DNA from: an uncultured Erythrobacteraceae bacterium
Lineage (GTDB): Bacteria; Pseudomonadota; Alphaproteobacteria; Sphingomonadales; Sphingomonadaceae
DNA length: 40,786 nt
Direction of reading: 5' to 3'
Assembly: GCA_950071875.1 (NCBI GenBank)
Contig: CATMNW010000001.1
Coordinates: 1-40,786, forward strand
Shown here one piece after another: positions 16,833 to 27,570 of the stretch. The number at the start of each line of letters is the position of its first letter. Position 1 is the stretch's first letter. The notes under the pieces were generated by a model. That model was not told where the DNA came from, ran no database searches, and saw only the letters and a program-made list of their open reading frames with translations. A program made the position numbers and the translations under genes.

Positions 16833-18035
16833 ATGGTGATGCACCCGACGGTCCTTCATATTGCCAACTGGTATCCGAACCCTTGGAATCCGAATGAGGG
16901 GAACTTCATTCACGAACAGGTGCGGGTGCTGCGAGAGGAGGTGCCCGGCGCTGTCATGGCGGTGCAGGTACGCCCCAACAAGCGGAAGATCGCGGAGGTG
17001 CGGCGCGTGGAGCTGGAACCGGGAACAAACGGATATTTCTGCCTGAGCCGTTTTCACCGCGGTCGTCTCGGCGAATTCCTCAGCACCTTTTTGCTCCTGT
17101 ACGCACTGTTTCGCGAGAAATTTTGGCGGTACGACATCCTTCACGTGCATATCGCGCAACCCCTTCTTTCGCAGATGCATCTGTGGAAGTGGCTGATCGG
17201 CAAACCGATCATCATGACCGAGCATTGGTCCGCCTACCATTACGGCTTTCATCTTCCCGACGGGCCGGCCAAGAGACGGATGGGCCGGCCTTTCCGGCAA
17301 GGGTTTCCACTGCTGGCAGTCTCGCAATCGCTGCTCGACGACATTGCCGCTTTTGCCGGGCAGGAAGACGTGAACGGGCACGTGGTGCCCAATGTCGTTC
17401 CATTTCACGGTGCGAGCGAAGCTACCAACGCCGTGCCGGTACTGTTCAGTGCCAATCGGTGGGTTCCGATCAAGCGCCCCATCCCCATGCTGCAAGGTCT
17501 CGCCCTTGCAGCGGAGCGTGGTACCCGGTTCGAACTGGTGCTGGGGGGCGATGGCGAATTGGTGGGTGAGATGCGCGCGCTGGTGGCGGACTCGGCGCTA
17601 GCCGAACGGACGACCTTCGCCGGCTGGATGAAGAAAGACGAGATCGCCCACCAGCTCGCGCGCAGCGATGCCAATTTGTTCAATTCGGACCACGAGACGT
17701 TCTCCATTGCCTGTGCGGAAGCTTTGGGCGCGGGCGTCCCACTGGTCGGGCCCTACATTCCTGCAGTCGCCGAATACGCGGGCCCCGATGACTGGCAGCA
17801 ACTGGACGACGGCAGCAATCCGGAAGACTGGGCGCAGGCGATCACGCTGTTTGCCGACCGTCACAAGCGCGGCGAGATCGACCGGGCCGCCATCGCCAGA
17901 AGCGCAGCGCAGCGCTTTTCGCCTTCCGCCCTCCGAGAAGCCTATCGCAACGTTCTTGACGCAGCACTCGAAGGGCAAAATGGCAGTCGACATGCGCCAT
18001 TGGGCACCAGCCGGAACAGGACTGGAAGATCGTGA
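16833..18035 (+). CDS. Glycosyltransferase family 4 (TuaC-like)
   Basis: WYP...GNFIHEQV, TEHWS, AVSQSL, ETFSIACAEALGAGVP. Confidence 0.9.
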   Translation: MVMHPTVLHIANWYPNPWNPNEGNFIHEQVRVLREEVPGAVMAVQVRPNKRKIAEVRRVELEPGTNGYFCLSRFHRGRLGEFLSTFLLLYALFREKFWRYDILHVHIAQPLLSQMHLWKWLIGKPIIMTEHWSAYHYGFHLPDGPAKRRMGRPFRQGFPLLAVSQSLLDDIAAFAGQEDVNGHVVPNVVPFHGASEATNAVPVLFSANRWVPIKRPIPMLQGLALAAERGTRFELVLGGDGELVGEMRALVADSALAERTTFAGWMKKDEIAHQLARSDANLFNSDHETFSIACAEALGAGVPLVGPYIPAVAEYAGPDDWQQLDDGSNPEDWAQAITLFADRHKRGEIDRAAIARSAAQRFSPSALREAYRNVLDAALEGQNGSRHAPLGTSRNRTGRS

Positions 18036-19147
18036 GCACCATCCTGATCATTTCGCCTGAACCATGGAGCGCGCATTCGGTCAGCAAGCATCACTATGCG
18101 CGCGAACTTGCCAGACGCGGGCACAGTGTCGTGTTCCTCGATCCTCCAGCCGATGGAGCCCGGGGCAACGACATCACTCAGGTCGATCTGTCGGGCGAGG
18201 GCATTTCCGGTGCACTGCATGTCGTCCGCAGCGCGCGAGTTGCGCCCGGCTTGCGCTTCTGGCCAGCCATCTTGCGCCGCCAGCTCGAAGCGCGCTGGCT
18301 TGCCCGGCTCGAAAGGGAGATCGGTGCCCGGATCGACGTTGTCTGGCTGTTCGAGAATTCGCGTTTCTACGACATGCGTTTCGCCGGCGATCGTTTGAAA
18401 ATCTACCATCAGGTCGATCTCAACCAGAATTTCCACCCGCAAATCGCTGCGCATACTGCCGACGCGGTTTTCTGCACGAGCCGGGAAATCGCGCGCCGCC
18501 TGGAGGTGTCCGGAAAGCCCGTCACCATCATCACGCATGGCGTCTGGACGCACCCATTCGATCCCGAGGATGAAGCGGCGCTATTCTCCGAGCCCGGCAT
18601 TCACTGTGTCTACTGCGGCAACATGTCGATGGCTTACCTCGATCGGGAAACCATTCTGGAATGCGTGTCCTCGCATGGCGAAGTCTGGTTCCATTTCTTC
18701 GGTGGTTTCAAGGATGGCGATCCGTTCCGTGACCAGCTTGCGCGCCGTGCCAATGTAATCCTGCACGGCAAGGTCGATCCCGACCGTCTGTTGGCCATCC
18801 TCGCCAACGCAGACCTGCAGATGCTTTGCTATCAGAAGGCCCATTTCGAGGATCAGTCCAACCCCCACAAGATGATGGAATACCTTCTCAGCGGGTCTCC
18901 GATCGTCGCCAGCTATACCTCCGCCTATGCGGAGATATCGGAGCTGTTCGTAATGTCCGGGCCCGGCGGGGATTTTCGCGAAGCCTTCGATTACGCGCTC
19001 AAAAATCTCGAGAAATATGATTCTCCCGCCTTGCGTGAAGCGAGGATTGCCTTCGCCATGAACAATACCTATCAGCGCCAGGTAGATCGTATCGCCGACG
19101 CGCTGGGCGCGCATGGACGCGCAATTAGAGATGGAGGCGTAACGTGA
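18032..19147 (+). CDS. Glycosyltransferase (GT4 TuaH-like)
   Basis: SKHHYARELARRGHSVVFLDP, IYHQVD, NPHKMMEYLLSGSPIVA. GTGA overlap. Confidence 0.85.
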   Translation: MSTILIISPEPWSAHSVSKHHYARELARRGHSVVFLDPPADGARGNDITQVDLSGEGISGALHVVRSARVAPGLRFWPAILRRQLEARWLARLEREIGARIDVVWLFENSRFYDMRFAGDRLKIYHQVDLNQNFHPQIAAHTADAVFCTSREIARRLEVSGKPVTIITHGVWTHPFDPEDEAALFSEPGIHCVYCGNMSMAYLDRETILECVSSHGEVWFHFFGGFKDGDPFRDQLARRANVILHGKVDPDRLLAILANADLQMLCYQKAHFEDQSNPHKMMEYLLSGSPIVASYTSAYAEISELFVMSGPGGDFREAFDYALKNLEKYDSPALREARIAFAMNNTYQRQVDRIADALGAHGRAIRDGGVT

Positions 19148-20373
19148 CGACGCCCACTCCTGTGGTCATTTTCCTGTACAATCGTTTGTTCGACCCCCTG
19201 ATTCAGGGGAATTTCTGGATGTATATCAAGAACATCCTGGATGATCCGGACGCGCCGTATCGCCTGCATGTCGTCACCTACGAAGATCCGGCCATTCCGC
19301 TCACTCCCGAGCAGGAAAAGCTCGTCGCCCACTGGCAGTCGCAGGGTCTCGAATGGACGCAGCTGACCTGGCATCCGGGGATGCAGCTGTCGCGCAAGGG
19401 CCGCGATGTCGCGGCGGGCTTCGCCGCGATGGCCAGGCTGCGTGCGAAAGGCTTCCGCCATATCGTGACGCTGGGTTCGATCGCCGGATCCTACGCCTAC
19501 CTTTACGCGCGCGTGCTGGGCATGCGCCTGTTCCTGTACCAGTACGAACCGCATAGCGACGTGTCGGTCGCATCGGGCATGTGGCGCAAGGACAGCGCGC
19601 AGTATCGGATTACGAAGCGACTGGAGGATGCCTCTGCACGGTTCGCGCATGTCATCGCCTCGGGAACGCGCTTCATGGGCGAATGGCTCGGCTCGATCGG
19701 AGCGAGGGCGAAATTCTTCCGGGTCCCCACGGTCGTCAACGGCAACAAATTCCTGTTCGACCCGGCAATCCGCGAAGAGGTGCGCGCGCAACTGGGGCTC
19801 GCCCCGGGCCAGCCGACACTGTTCTATTCCGGCAAGTTCGGCGGGCTCTATTACGACCGCGAAATCGCCGAGATGATGGCGGTGCTGCTCGAATTCGAAC
19901 CCTCGCTGCATCTGCTGATGGTTACCCCGGCAGACGATGCCACGGTCGTCGCTCTGTTCGATGCAGCCGGAGTCCCGGCGGACAAGTACAGCATCTGCCA
20001 CAGCACGTATGACGAGATCGAACGCTATTATTTCGCCGGCGACATGGGGCTGATCACAATTCCGCCCGGGCCGGGGCAGGAATATCGCTCGAGCATCAAG
20101 ACCGGCGAATACCTGTGCTCGGGCATGCCGTTCCTGACCCCGGCGGGCGTTTCCGAAGACTACCTCCACGCGACCGAACAGGACGTTGGCGTGGTCGTCC
20201 CCCGGTTCGAGCCCGAGGCGTTTCGCGCCGCATGGCCCGAGATCGAACATTACCTGACCGAGGATCGCGATACCTTGCGTGCGCGATGCCGCAATTTCGG
20301 GCTCGAATACCGTGGTTTCGATGCCCTCAATCCGATTTTTCGCGCCGCCATGGCAGCGCTCGTAAAGCAGTGA
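19144..20373 (+). CDS. Glycosyltransferase (GT-B/GT4-like)
   Basis: YSGKFGGLY, SSIKTGEYLCSGMP, GVSED. GTGA overlap. Confidence 0.85.
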   Translation: MTTPTPVVIFLYNRLFDPLIQGNFWMYIKNILDDPDAPYRLHVVTYEDPAIPLTPEQEKLVAHWQSQGLEWTQLTWHPGMQLSRKGRDVAAGFAAMARLRAKGFRHIVTLGSIAGSYAYLYARVLGMRLFLYQYEPHSDVSVASGMWRKDSAQYRITKRLEDASARFAHVIASGTRFMGEWLGSIGARAKFFRVPTVVNGNKFLFDPAIREEVRAQLGLAPGQPTLFYSGKFGGLYYDREIAEMMAVLLEFEPSLHLLMVTPADDATVVALFDAAGVPADKYSICHSTYDEIERYYFAGDMGLITIPPGPGQEYRSSIKTGEYLCSGMPFLTPAGVSEDYLHATEQDVGVVVPRFEPEAFRAAWPEIEHYLTEDRDTLRARCRNFGLEYRGFDALNPIFRAAMAALVKQ

Positions 20374-20385
20374 CGGGAGGTTAAT

Positions 20386-21363
20386 TTGCAACAGGTCCTC
20401 ATAACTGGGGGAACCGGGTCGGTTGCTGGTGCGATCGTAGAGCGGCTGCTGGCCGATCCGGCAGTCGAGCGGATCGCCATCTACTCGCGCGACGAGCACA
20501 AGCAGGGCGACATGATGCAACGGGTCGCCGAGCGTGGAACGCCGTTCGATTTCTTTCTCGGCGACATCTGCGATGAAGAGGCCCTGTTTCGTGCGCTGGC
20601 CGGGATCGATACGGTCATTCACACGGCTGCCATGCGGCTGGTGCCCCATGCCGAGGCGAACCCCGCAGAATGCCACCGGATCAATGTCGGAGGCGCAAAT
20701 GCGCTGACCCGCGCGGTCGGGCGGAGCGACGTATCGAAGGTCGTCGCCATTTCCAGCGACAAGGCGGTCGCCCCCTCCACCATCTACGGGACGACGAAGT
20801 TCGCGATGGAGCGCATTCTGGTGGACGCCGACAAGCGCCAGAACGCCCGCTATTCGCTGGTCCGCTACGCCAACGTGATCGACACCCGCAGCTCCGTGGC
20901 ACCGCTGTTCCTCAAGCAGAAGGAAAGCGGCGTTCTCACGATTACCGATCCGGACATGACGCGCTTCTCGATCGCCAAGCGCGACGGCGTGGATCTGGTC
21001 ATGACGGCCGTGACCGATGGCTTGGGTGGAGACATCTTCATGCCGATCTCGCCCTCCTACAGAGTGGGCGACATGGCCAAAGCGATCGCGCCCGACGCGG
21101 AGCATCGGATCATCGGATCGCGGCCGGGCGAAAAGATGCACGAAATCATGTTCTCGATGGTCGAATCGCCGCAGGTCGTGAAGCGCGGCGCAAACTACGT
21201 CTTCCTGCCCCGCACAGGACGGTGGGACGTCGCGCCCTATTGCGAACAGACCGGCGCAACGAAGCTGGAAACGCTGTTCGAATACGGCTCCGGCGACAAT
21301 GACCAGTGGCTCTCGGTCGACGATATCCGCAGCGTGCTGCGCGACGAGGGCATGATCGCCTGA
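20386..21363 (+). CDS. UDP-GlcNAc 4,6-dehydratase-like SDR (PseB/FlaA1/FnlA family), divergent
   Basis: LITGGTGS, YSRDEHKQ, SSDKA...YGTTK, ITDPDMTRF, RPGEKMHE. TTG start with a GGAGG RBS. Confidence 0.85.
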   Translation: MQQVLITGGTGSVAGAIVERLLADPAVERIAIYSRDEHKQGDMMQRVAERGTPFDFFLGDICDEEALFRALAGIDTVIHTAAMRLVPHAEANPAECHRINVGGANALTRAVGRSDVSKVVAISSDKAVAPSTIYGTTKFAMERILVDADKRQNARYSLVRYANVIDTRSSVAPLFLKQKESGVLTITDPDMTRFSIAKRDGVDLVMTAVTDGLGGDIFMPISPSYRVGDMAKAIAPDAEHRIIGSRPGEKMHEIMFSMVESPQVVKRGANYVFLPRTGRWDVAPYCEQTGATKLETLFEYGSGDNDQWLSVDDIRSVLRDEGMIA

Positions 21364-21373
21364 CGAGCCGCAT

Positions 21374-22432
21374 GTGACCACAGCCTCGCCCAGCAGCACG
21401 CAGGACCGCGCCAAGCTCGAATGGCTGCAAATCGGCCGTGCCGTTGCGGCGATGCTGGTGGTCTTCCACCATGCCGATCAGGCAAGCGCGCATTTCCTCG
21501 GCCTGCCGGGCCAGCGCTACTTCGGCTGGGGGGCGTATGGGGTCGATTTCTTCTTCGTCCTCAGCGGCTTCATCATCTTCTACGCACATCGCAAAGATGC
21601 GCCCGGCTTGGCGCCCGCGCGGCGATATGGCTGGAAACGCCTGACCCGCATTTACCTGCCCTATCTGCCAATCGCGATCGCCTGGATGGGCCTGCTCCTG
21701 CTGTTTCAGGGGGGTCAGGAGGCGCGGAACTGGAGCGTGCTAGCAACGCTCACGCTGCTGCCATTGGCAACGGTATCGGCCTTGTCGGTCGCGTGGACCC
21801 TGACCTACGAGTTGATCTTCTACGCGTTCTTCCTGCTCCGCTATCTCGCGAAGATCGCGATGGTCGTGGCAGGCGCGGTGTGGCTTGGATGGATCGGCGC
21901 GAAGGCGATCCTGTGGCCGGACCTTGCGTTGTCGCCTGCGATGACAGCCTTGTCGAACCCGATCATTCTCGAATTCTTCCTCGGCATGGCGAGCGCGTGG
22001 GTCTTCCCGAAGATCGATCGCAAGTGGCGGTACTGGCTGATCGTGCCCGGCCTGCTCGCCGTGATCGCTCTCGTGCCGTTACACCTGCTCGATAACAAGC
22101 TGCTGATGGGGCCGCCGCTGGCGCTGGTCGTGCTTGGGCTCGCACTGCTGAAGCCGATACAGGGGCAGGCCGTGTTTCGCGGCGCACTGTTCCTCGGCAC
22201 CGCATCCTATTCGATCTATCTGGTCCACAGCCCGGTCATTTCCGTGTCGGCCGGGTTGCTTGCGCCCTACATGGGTAAATGGGCGATCTTCGCCGTCACG
22301 GCGCTGCTGGGCATCCTCGCCGGCTCCATCTACTTCGCCGCCGTCGAACGGCCGACACTCAAGATCGTACGGCGGGGGGGATTAAGGGCGGCCGGCGGGG
22401 CGCAGGACGGGGGCAAGGCCCATGCCGGATAG
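21374..22432 (+). CDS. Acyltransferase family 3 (OafA-type membrane O-acyltransferase)
   Basis: RAVAAMLVVFHH, GVDFFFVLSGFII, KRLTRIY, WTLTYELIFY, LGTASYSIYLVH. Confidence 0.92.
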   Translation: MTTASPSSTQDRAKLEWLQIGRAVAAMLVVFHHADQASAHFLGLPGQRYFGWGAYGVDFFFVLSGFIIFYAHRKDAPGLAPARRYGWKRLTRIYLPYLPIAIAWMGLLLLFQGGQEARNWSVLATLTLLPLATVSALSVAWTLTYELIFYAFFLLRYLAKIAMVVAGAVWLGWIGAKAILWPDLALSPAMTALSNPIILEFFLGMASAWVFPKIDRKWRYWLIVPGLLAVIALVPLHLLDNKLLMGPPLALVVLGLALLKPIQGQAVFRGALFLGTASYSIYLVHSPVISVSAGLLAPYMGKWAIFAVTALLGILAGSIYFAAVERPTLKIVRRGGLRAAGGAQDGGKAHAG

Positions 22433-23300
22433 CCCTGCCGCGCCTCAGGCCTCGCCGCTCGTGTCGATCATCATGCCGGCCTACAATGCGGCGGAGTTTC
22501 TGGCCGAAGCGATCCGGTCAGTCCTGTGCCAGACCTATCGGGAATGGCAGCTGATCATCGTCGATGACGGAAGCAACGACGCGACCTTCGCGTTCGCGAG
22601 CGCGTTCGACGATCCGCGCATAGAGGTAATTCGGCAGGACAATGCCGGGGCCAGCGCGGCGCGCAATACCGCGCTTAAGCATGCCCGCGGCGACCTGATC
22701 ACCTTTGTCGATGCAGACGACATCCTGCCCGAGGCGGCGCTGACGCTTCGTGTCGATTTTCTGCGCGACAATCCGCGGATCGACATTGCGAGCGGCCCGA
22801 TCAGGGTGACGCGCGATGGCGAGGACGTGCGCCTGTACCGGCCATCGACCGAAGTTCAGCCGTTTTTCCAGCCGCTGCTGCGTCTCGACGAGAACGTCTT
22901 CTTCGGGCCATTCTACATGGTGCGCGCGGCAGCCATCGCCGGGCTGGAGTTCGACACCGCGACAACGCATTGCGAGGATATCATCTTCTTCCTCAGCGCT
23001 GCGCACGATCGCGATCTGTTGCATGGCGCGGTCACAGAACCCGTCTACGAATATCGGCTGCATGGCGGGAGTGCGATGAGCAATCTCGCAGGGATTTCGC
23101 GCGGCTACTTCGTCTTGCTCGATCACGCTCACCGGATGGCGCGGGCACAGCCTGCCGATTTGCGCCATCTGCGCCACAGGATCGCCGGTATCCTGGGCAA
23201 ATCGTGGCTACGCGCGGGAAGGCCCTTGATGGCGCTGCGCTGCATCGCCAAGGCGTTGACCTTCACTGCCGCCCACCCGGGGGGCCATGCAAAGCAATAG
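22422..23300 (+). CDS. Glycosyltransferase family 2
   Basis: VSIIMPAYN, IVDDGSND, NAGASAARN, FVDADD. Confidence 0.93.
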   Translation: MPDSPAAPQASPLVSIIMPAYNAAEFLAEAIRSVLCQTYREWQLIIVDDGSNDATFAFASAFDDPRIEVIRQDNAGASAARNTALKHARGDLITFVDADDILPEAALTLRVDFLRDNPRIDIASGPIRVTRDGEDVRLYRPSTEVQPFFQPLLRLDENVFFGPFYMVRAAAIAGLEFDTATTHCEDIIFFLSAAHDRDLLHGAVTEPVYEYRLHGGSAMSNLAGISRGYFVLLDHAHRMARAQPADLRHLRHRIAGILGKSWLRAGRPLMALRCIAKALTFTAAHPGGHAKQ

Positions 23301-23309
23301 GTGGCATCA

Positions 23310-25280
23310 ATGTGCGGGTTGACCGGGATCTTGCCCCGATCCGGGAGCAAAGGGAGCCTACCCGGAATCCTTGACCGGATGACTGCGAGCCTGGTGCATC
23401 GCGGGCCCGATGCGAGCGGCGCCTGGTACGACGAAAGCGCAGGCATCGCACTGGGACACCGGCGTCTGTCGATCCTCGATCTGAGCGAGGCGGGCGCGCA
23501 GCCGATGCACTCGCGCTGCGGTCGCTTCGTCACGGCATTCAACGGCGAAATCTACAACCATCTCGAACTGCGCGAACGACTGGCCGCAGAAGGAATGGCG
23601 CCGCAATGGCGCGGGCATTCGGACACAGAGACGCTGCTTGCCGCGATCGCCGCCTGGGGCCTCGACGCTACGCTCGAACGGTCATCCGGCATGTTTGCGA
23701 TTGCGCTGTGGGATCGCGAGCGCCGCCGCCTCTCGCTCGCGCGCGACCGCATGGGGGAAAAGCCGCTGTACTGGGGCTGGGCTGGCGAGGACATCGTCTT
23801 TGCCTCAGAGCTGAAGGCCCTGCGCGCGCACCCGCAATGCAGCAGTGCGATGTCCCACGCGGCCGTGCAGGAATTTATCGGGTTTTCCTATGTGCCCGCG
23901 CCGCTCAGCATTCTCGAAGGTGTTTTCAAGCTCGAACCGGGGACCATCGTCGATTTCGGCGAAACACCGCCCGCCGCGCCGCCGCGCGCGCCGCTGCGCC
24001 CGGGCGAAAGCCACGGCACGGTTACCGTACGGCGTTACTGGGATTTGGGCAGCGTCGTGGACCATGGGCTGCGCGCCCCGCTGACGGACCGCAACGAAGC
24101 ACTCGATACGCTCGAAGCGACCCTGCGCGATGCCGTATCGCGCCAGATGCTGTCGGACGTGCCGCTCGGCGCGTTTCTCTCTGGCGGTATCGACAGCTCG
24201 CTGATCACCGCGTTGATGCAGTCGGTGTCCTCTGCTCCGGTGCGCAGTTTCACGATCGGCTTTGAACAACAGGAATTCAACGAAGCACCGCATGCAGCGG
24301 CAGTCGCGGCACACTTGGGCACAGACCATACCGAACTGACGGTGACCGATGCCGATGCGCGCGCGGTGATCCCCTTGTTGCCCGACATGTACGACGAACC
24401 CTTTGCCGATTCGTCGCAGATCCCCACGCATCTGGTGTGCAAGGCCGCGCGCGCTCACGTGACGGTGGCGCTGTCGGGCGATGGCGGGGACGAACTCTTC
24501 GGCGGGTACAATCGCTATCTTTGGGGTCCGCGCCTGTGGTCCCGGATCGCCTTGATGCCCCCGGTCGTGCGACGCGCGCTCGGTGGCACGATTGAGCATG
24601 CGCCGCAGCGTCTGTGGGATTTCGCAGGTGCCTTAGCGGGGGTGAACCGGCCGGCCGAAAAGGCTCTGAAGCTCGGCCGTCGCCTGGGGCAGGCGAGCTC
24701 GCCCGATGCGTTCTATCGCAGTCTCCTGACCGAATGGAACGGTACCCGCCTTACCCGCTTCGATCCGCAGGCGAGCGCCTTGCCCGTCGACGACCCGGTC
24801 CCTGCAGGGCTTGCGGGCGACTTTGCCGGGCGCATGATGTTGCGCGACATGCGCGGCTATCTGCCCGACGATATTCTGTGCAAGGTCGATCGTGCAGCAA
24901 TGGCGGTCAGCCTGGAAACCCGCGTCCCCTTCCTCGATCCCGATGTCATCGCGCTATCGGCGCGCTGGCCGACCGATTGGAAGCTGCATGGCGGAGAAGC
25001 CAAGTGGCCGCTGCGCCAGATTCTCTTCCGCCATGTGCCCCGCTCCCTGATCGAGCGACCTAAAGCGGGCTTCGCCATCCCCATCGGCCACTGGCTGCGA
25101 GGCCCCTTGCGCGAATGGGCCGAGGATCTGTTGCAGGCAGACAGGCTGGCCGCCGATGGGCTGATCGATCCGGTGCCGGTTCGCGCCGCCTGGCACGCCC
25201 ATCTCTCCGGCAAGGCCGACTGGACGCCCGCGCTCTGGAGCATCCTGATGCTCCAGGCCTGGCGCGATCGCTGGACGTGA
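23310..25280 (+). CDS. asnB: Asparagine synthase-like glutamine amidotransferase (WbpS/WbqG-type sugar amidation likely)
   Basis: MCG N-terminal nucleophile start at 23310; HRGPD, GHRRLSILDL, NGEIYN, LSGGIDSS, SGDGGDELFGGY, KVDRAAMAVSLETRVPFLD. Confidence 0.93.
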   Translation: MCGLTGILPRSGSKGSLPGILDRMTASLVHRGPDASGAWYDESAGIALGHRRLSILDLSEAGAQPMHSRCGRFVTAFNGEIYNHLELRERLAAEGMAPQWRGHSDTETLLAAIAAWGLDATLERSSGMFAIALWDRERRRLSLARDRMGEKPLYWGWAGEDIVFASELKALRAHPQCSSAMSHAAVQEFIGFSYVPAPLSILEGVFKLEPGTIVDFGETPPAAPPRAPLRPGESHGTVTVRRYWDLGSVVDHGLRAPLTDRNEALDTLEATLRDAVSRQMLSDVPLGAFLSGGIDSSLITALMQSVSSAPVRSFTIGFEQQEFNEAPHAAAVAAHLGTDHTELTVTDADARAVIPLLPDMYDEPFADSSQIPTHLVCKAARAHVTVALSGDGGDELFGGYNRYLWGPRLWSRIALMPPVVRRALGGTIEHAPQRLWDFAGALAGVNRPAEKALKLGRRLGQASSPDAFYRSLLTEWNGTRLTRFDPQASALPVDDPVPAGLAGDFAGRMMLRDMRGYLPDDILCKVDRAAMAVSLETRVPFLDPDVIALSARWPTDWKLHGGEAKWPLRQILFRHVPRSLIERPKAGFAIPIGHWLRGPLREWAEDLLQADRLAADGLIDPVPVRAAWHAHLSGKADWTPALWSILMLQAWRDRWT

Positions 25281-26347
25281 GGCTGCAGATCCTCTCGCGC
25301 TACGGGCGCAAGGGCGCATCCAGTCGGGTACGCATGTTCCAGTATGTGCCCTGGCTGGAGGCGCATGGCTGGGATGTGTCGATCGCCCCCTTTTTCGATG
25401 ACGCCTATCTGACCGCGCAGTATGCTGGCGAAGGAACCCGTTCGCAGGTCGCGGCAGCCTATGCCCGTCGGTTGGGCCAATTGCGTGCGAGGCCCAAGCC
25501 CGATCTCATCTGGCTGGAAAAAGAAGCGCTCCCGATGATCCCGGCAGCAATCGAAAGGCGGCTGTTGCCCGCTCGGACTCCGATTGTCGCCGATTACGAC
25601 GATGCCGTCTTTCATTCCTACGATCTGCATCCGCGCGCTGCGGTTCGCCGGGTGCTCGGGCAGAAGATCGACAGGATCATGCAGCATGCGTCGCTGGTGC
25701 TTGCCGGCAACGAATATCTTGCCGTTCGCGCGAAGTCGGCCGGAGCCTCTCATGTCGAGATCGTGCCGACCGTGGTCGATGCAGACGCATACCGCACCCC
25801 GAGTGCGCCCCGTTCCGATACGGCCACCCGGATCGGCTGGGTCGGCACGCCGAGCACTTGGCGCGAATACCTGGTCCCGATGCTGCCGTTGTTGACCACC
25901 CTCGCCGAGCAACATGGGGCAAGGATTACCGTCATCGGCTCGGGCGCTCGCGACGTGCATCCGCTGGTCGATACGCTGGAGTGGAGCGAAGCTGCCGAGA
26001 TCGACCAGATCCATGGATTCGATATCGGGATCATGCCGCTCAATGAAACGCCTTGGGCGCTAGGCAAATGCGGCTACAAGCTGATCCAGTACATGGCATG
26101 CGCCAAGCCGGTGGTTGCCTCGCCCGTGGGAGTCAATCGCGAGATCGTGGAACACGGCGTCAACGGGTTTCTCGCCGATAGCAGCGAGGATTGGCGCATT
26201 GCACTCGAACGCCTGCTGCGCGATCGCGATTTGCGGTCGACCATGGGCGCGGTGGGCTGCCGAAAAGTGCTTCAGAGGTACAGTTTGCAAAGTCAGCAGG
26301 AGCGTGTCTCAAGCCTGCTTGCGGCCTGTGTCGAAGGTATTGATTGA
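25277..26347 (+). CDS. Glycosyltransferase family 4
   Basis: GTGA overlap start; GASSRVRMFQY, DYDDAVF, IGWVGT, GKCGYKLIQYMACAKPVVASPVG. Confidence 0.9.
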   Translation: MRLQILSRYGRKGASSRVRMFQYVPWLEAHGWDVSIAPFFDDAYLTAQYAGEGTRSQVAAAYARRLGQLRARPKPDLIWLEKEALPMIPAAIERRLLPARTPIVADYDDAVFHSYDLHPRAAVRRVLGQKIDRIMQHASLVLAGNEYLAVRAKSAGASHVEIVPTVVDADAYRTPSAPRSDTATRIGWVGTPSTWREYLVPMLPLLTTLAEQHGARITVIGSGARDVHPLVDTLEWSEAAEIDQIHGFDIGIMPLNETPWALGKCGYKLIQYMACAKPVVASPVGVNREIVEHGVNGFLADSSEDWRIALERLLRDRDLRSTMGAVGCRKVLQRYSLQSQQERVSSLLAACVEGID

Positions 26348-27402
26348 TGTTATATATTGCGATCTTCCTGGTCCTTGCGGTGCTCGCGCAGTCGCGACCG
26401 AAAGAGACGTACGTGCCGGCGCTGGTCGCGCTCTATCTGTTCGTCGCTTTCCGATGGGAGGTCGGATGCGACTGGCACGGATACCTTTATCAGTACCGGT
26501 TTTGGCAAGGCGATACGCTGAAAGACGCTCTGTTCAGCCGCGAACCTTTGTGGCGACCGATCTTTTTCCTGCAGCACCAGATAGGGCTGGAATATCAGTG
26601 GCTGAACGTTGTGGCCGCGATCCCATTTTTTGCAGGCATCCACGCCATTGCGCGGCGGGAGCCGAACCCTACCGCCTTCCTTGCGCTGGTGTTCCCGATC
26701 CTGATTCTCAACATGCCGATGTCTGCCATCCGGCAAAGTGTCGCGATCGGCATCATTTGCTACGCCTATCTTGCCTTTGTGGACAGGAAGACCATCCGAT
26801 ACGTGATCCTCGTTCTGATCGCGGCCGGATTTCATACGAGTGCGCTGCCGTTCGTGATCCTTGCGCTCTTCATCGGCCGCGAACTGAGTTGGCGAATGGT
26901 CGCAAGCGCGCTCGTCGTCGTCGTCCCGGCCGTTTTCCTGTTCGCCGGCAGCGATAGCGCCCAAATCGCTGCCCAGCGGTATCTTGGAACCGATATCGAA
27001 GCGAGCGGAGCCTATCTCAGGACGGGCACACTGGCCATCACCGGTCTGGCGTACCTGCTGCTGTTGAACCGCAGCTGGCGGGAAAAACACCCCAGATCGC
27101 ACCCGCTCGTGCTGATCGCTTCTGTCCTGATGATCATGACGATACCCTTGGTAATCTTTTCGACCGTGATCGGGGATCGCTACGCCTACTACATCATGCC
27201 CTTGCAAGCGACGATCCTCGCCCGCCTGCCCTATTTCGAGCAATTTAGGGACAAACCCGTAATCGCATGGCTGCCGTACATTGCCTTGGTGGGTGTGTTG
27301 CTGGTTTGGAGCTTGCTCTCGTCCCATTTTTCCTACTGCTACGCTCCCTACCTTACGTGGCTGTTCGGCACACAGGAATCGCGGTTGGGCATTTTCTATT
27401 GA
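26347..27402 (+). CDS. EpsG-family Wzy polymerase
   Basis: Multi-pass membrane protein; FRWEVGCDWHGY, IRQSVAIG, AAGFHTSA, DRYAYY. TGATG overlap. Confidence 0.85.
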   Translation: MLYIAIFLVLAVLAQSRPKETYVPALVALYLFVAFRWEVGCDWHGYLYQYRFWQGDTLKDALFSREPLWRPIFFLQHQIGLEYQWLNVVAAIPFFAGIHAIARREPNPTAFLALVFPILILNMPMSAIRQSVAIGIICYAYLAFVDRKTIRYVILVLIAAGFHTSALPFVILALFIGRELSWRMVASALVVVVPAVFLFAGSDSAQIAAQRYLGTDIEASGAYLRTGTLAITGLAYLLLLNRSWREKHPRSHPLVLIASVLMIMTIPLVIFSTVIGDRYAYYIMPLQATILARLPYFEQFRDKPVIAWLPYIALVGVLLVWSLLSSHFSYCYAPYLTWLFGTQESRLGIFY

Positions 27403-27570
27403 GCGCTGTGCAATTGCGAAGGTGCGTCTGTTTGACTAGACGGCCAGTAAATGGGCGGTGGCGATTGCGCGCAACTCGTTGACGTAGCTTCAAAGGGCGT
27501 AACGACAGTTTTACGCCCGACAACCGAAGGCGCCGGGCGCCGAACTTTGCCTCGGGCGTGACAGGGTCGA

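Noticed and set aside
19072-21414. 780-aa minus-strand ORF, and similar long antisense ORFs such as 10636-12300, 36643-38268 and 1-777
   Set aside because: In-frame antisense shadows of well-supported genes on the other strand.
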